Position numbers and translations under genes: made by a program
Shown: piece by piece, positions 63,069 through 64,000 of the stretch
How positions within the stretch are numbered: the stretch's first letter is position 1
How the letters are laid out: the number at the start of each line of letters is the position of its first letter
Assembly: GCA_034722245.1 (NCBI GenBank)
Contig: JAYENT010000026.1
Location: 461 to 64,460, forward strand
Direction of reading: 5' to 3'
Source: Chloroflexota bacterium
GTDB taxonomy: Bacteria > Chloroflexota > Anaerolineae > UBA1429
DNA length: 64,000 bases
Notes under the pieces: model-generated
What the model was told of the DNA's origin: nothing
The model's database searches: none
Seen by the model: the letters and a program-made list of their open reading frames with translations, nothing else

Positions 63069-63908
63069 ATGAAGATCGTCGAGGTCAAACCATTCATCCT
63101 TCATGTCCCTGTGACACGGAATCAGATCGCCGACAGCACACATCAGATATCGCACTGGGGCGCGCCCGGCGTCATCATAGAAACCGACAGTGGGCATCGG
63201 GGCTATGGCTATGGAGGCACGCACGCCCATAGCCCTACGGATAGGTTGATCACCGACTGTATCGCCGAGGCGTATACCCCGCTATTGATCGGTGAAGATC
63301 CGCGAGATGTGCGGGCCTTATGGTGGAAACTGCATCATAACTCGCCCATTATGTGGGTGGGGCGCACTGGCATCACCCATCTGGCGCTAAGCGCGGTTGA
63401 TATCGCTTTGTGGGATCTGAAGGCAAAGGCGGCAGACATGCCCTTGTGGAAGCTCCTCGGGGGAAAGGGCGATAAAAAGATCGAAGCATATAACACCGAT
63501 GGCGGCTGGCTCAACTGGACGGCCGAACAGCTTGTCGAGGACTCGCGGCGGCTGGTCGAGGAGGAAGGCTATGGGGGCGTGAAGATAAAGATAGGCAAGC
63601 CCGATCCACAGGATGATCTTGAGCGACTTGCCGCAGTTCGTCGGGCCATCGGGCCACGAGCAAAACTGATGACCGATGTGAATGGACGCTGGGATCTCTC
63701 CACGGCTATCAACGTGGGCCGACACCTTTGCGATTACGACGTGATGTGGATCGAAGAGCCGCTGTGGTTTGACAATGTGAGCGGACACGAGAGGCTGGCT
63801 CGCGCCATTCAGACGCCAATTGCGCTGGGTGAGCAGCTTTATACGCTTGATGCTTTTACGGACTTTATCTCGCGGGGAGCCGTTCACCCGTATGCATCAA
63901 AATCGTAG
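63069..63908 (+). CDS. Enolase-superfamily dehydratase (L-fuconate/galactonate dehydratase-like), apparently C-terminally truncated at 279 aa
   Basis: MKIVEVKPFILHVPV...VKIKIGKPD (KxK), MTDVNGRWD (Asp), WIEEP (Glu), ALGEQL; ORF stops at 63906-63908 before the region that normally carries the catalytic His; next gene starts 48 nt later. Confidence 0.65.
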   Translation: MKIVEVKPFILHVPVTRNQIADSTHQISHWGAPGVIIETDSGHRGYGYGGTHAHSPTDRLITDCIAEAYTPLLIGEDPRDVRALWWKLHHNSPIMWVGRTGITHLALSAVDIALWDLKAKAADMPLWKLLGGKGDKKIEAYNTDGGWLNWTAEQLVEDSRRLVEEEGYGGVKIKIGKPDPQDDLERLAAVRRAIGPRAKLMTDVNGRWDLSTAINVGRHLCDYDVMWIEEPLWFDNVSGHERLARAIQTPIALGEQLYTLDAFTDFISRGAVHPYASKS

Positions 63909-63955
63909 AGGACGCTATATAGATTTGTAAGCGCTTAGCGAAGGAGTATGTTGAG

Positions 63956-64000
63956 ATGAAAGAAGCAAGCGATATATCGAACGTGGTGATTACCGGGGCT
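63956..64000 (+). CDS. Short-chain dehydrogenase/reductase, 5' end only (runs off window)
   Basis: AAGGAG SD then MKEASDISNVVITGA, the start of an SDR TGxxxGxG Rossmann motif; only 15 codons visible. Confidence 0.3.
   Translation, partial: MKEASDISNVVITGA

Noticed and set aside
1-64000. Search for tRNA, rRNA, CRISPR repeats, transposases or integrases
   Set aside because: No intergenic segment shows tRNA-like T-arm/acceptor patterns, no regularly spaced direct repeats, and no ORF with DDE, serine or tyrosine recombinase motifs. The window appears to be core chromosome plus accessory metabolic and envelope genes.

Overview
This 64-kb window of high-GC bacterial chromosome is probably from a Chloroflexota-type genome. 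The evidence for that is the Chlor_Arch_YYY/DUF2298 giant membrane proteins, zinc-ribbon forms of L36/S14/S4/Adk, and an rplQ-truA-rplM-rpsI arrangement. Positions 1-15.3 kb hold a nearly complete S10-spc-alpha ribosomal super-operon: the rpsJ 3' end, rplC-D-W-B, rpsS, rplV, rpmC, rpsQ, rplN-X-E, rpsZ, rpsH, rplF-R, rpsE, rpmD, rplO, secY, adk, rpmJ, rpsM-K-D, rpoA, rplQ, truA, rplM and rpsI, closed by a rho-independent terminator. rpsC/rplP are absent between rplV and rpmC, and infA/map are absent between adk and rpmJ. Positions 15.5-18.5 kb carry, divergently, a UbiA-family prenyltransferase that is a clear homolog of decaprenyl-phosphate phosphoribosyltransferase, then a TlyA-type methyltransferase and an AI-2E transporter. 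Positions 18.5-40.2 kb are the stand-out region. It is a co-directional array of seven very large polytopic membrane proteins: a GT-C-like protein with an HPDE loop, a flippase-like UPF0104 protein, an ArnT/PMT-like GT-C protein, a 2482-aa giant with an N-terminal GT-C-like module plus two Chlor_Arch_YYY modules, a stand-alone YYY protein, a TIGR03663-like membrane protein, and a GT-C-like membrane domain fused to a six-bladed NHL propeller. A HAD phosphatase and a NudF-like Nudix hydrolase follow. I interpret this as a candidate lipid-linked-sugar glycosylation and cell-envelope assembly system that is essentially uncharacterised. The rest of the window holds cca, a PP2C/SpoIIE phosphatase with a small P-loop partner, secDF, glycerate kinase, and a lipoprotein solute-binding protein. 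Next come enolase-superfamily and AKR genes, an ABC-2 permease beside a decayed ATPase gene, and an ABC exporter pair. After those are arsR beside a LarC1-only His-rich protein, a CBM9-like protein, an S8 protease with a stand-alone I9 propeptide gene, and a sugar-acid (fuconate-like) catabolic cluster with a C-terminally truncated enolase. I found no rRNA, tRNA, CRISPR array or mobile element.
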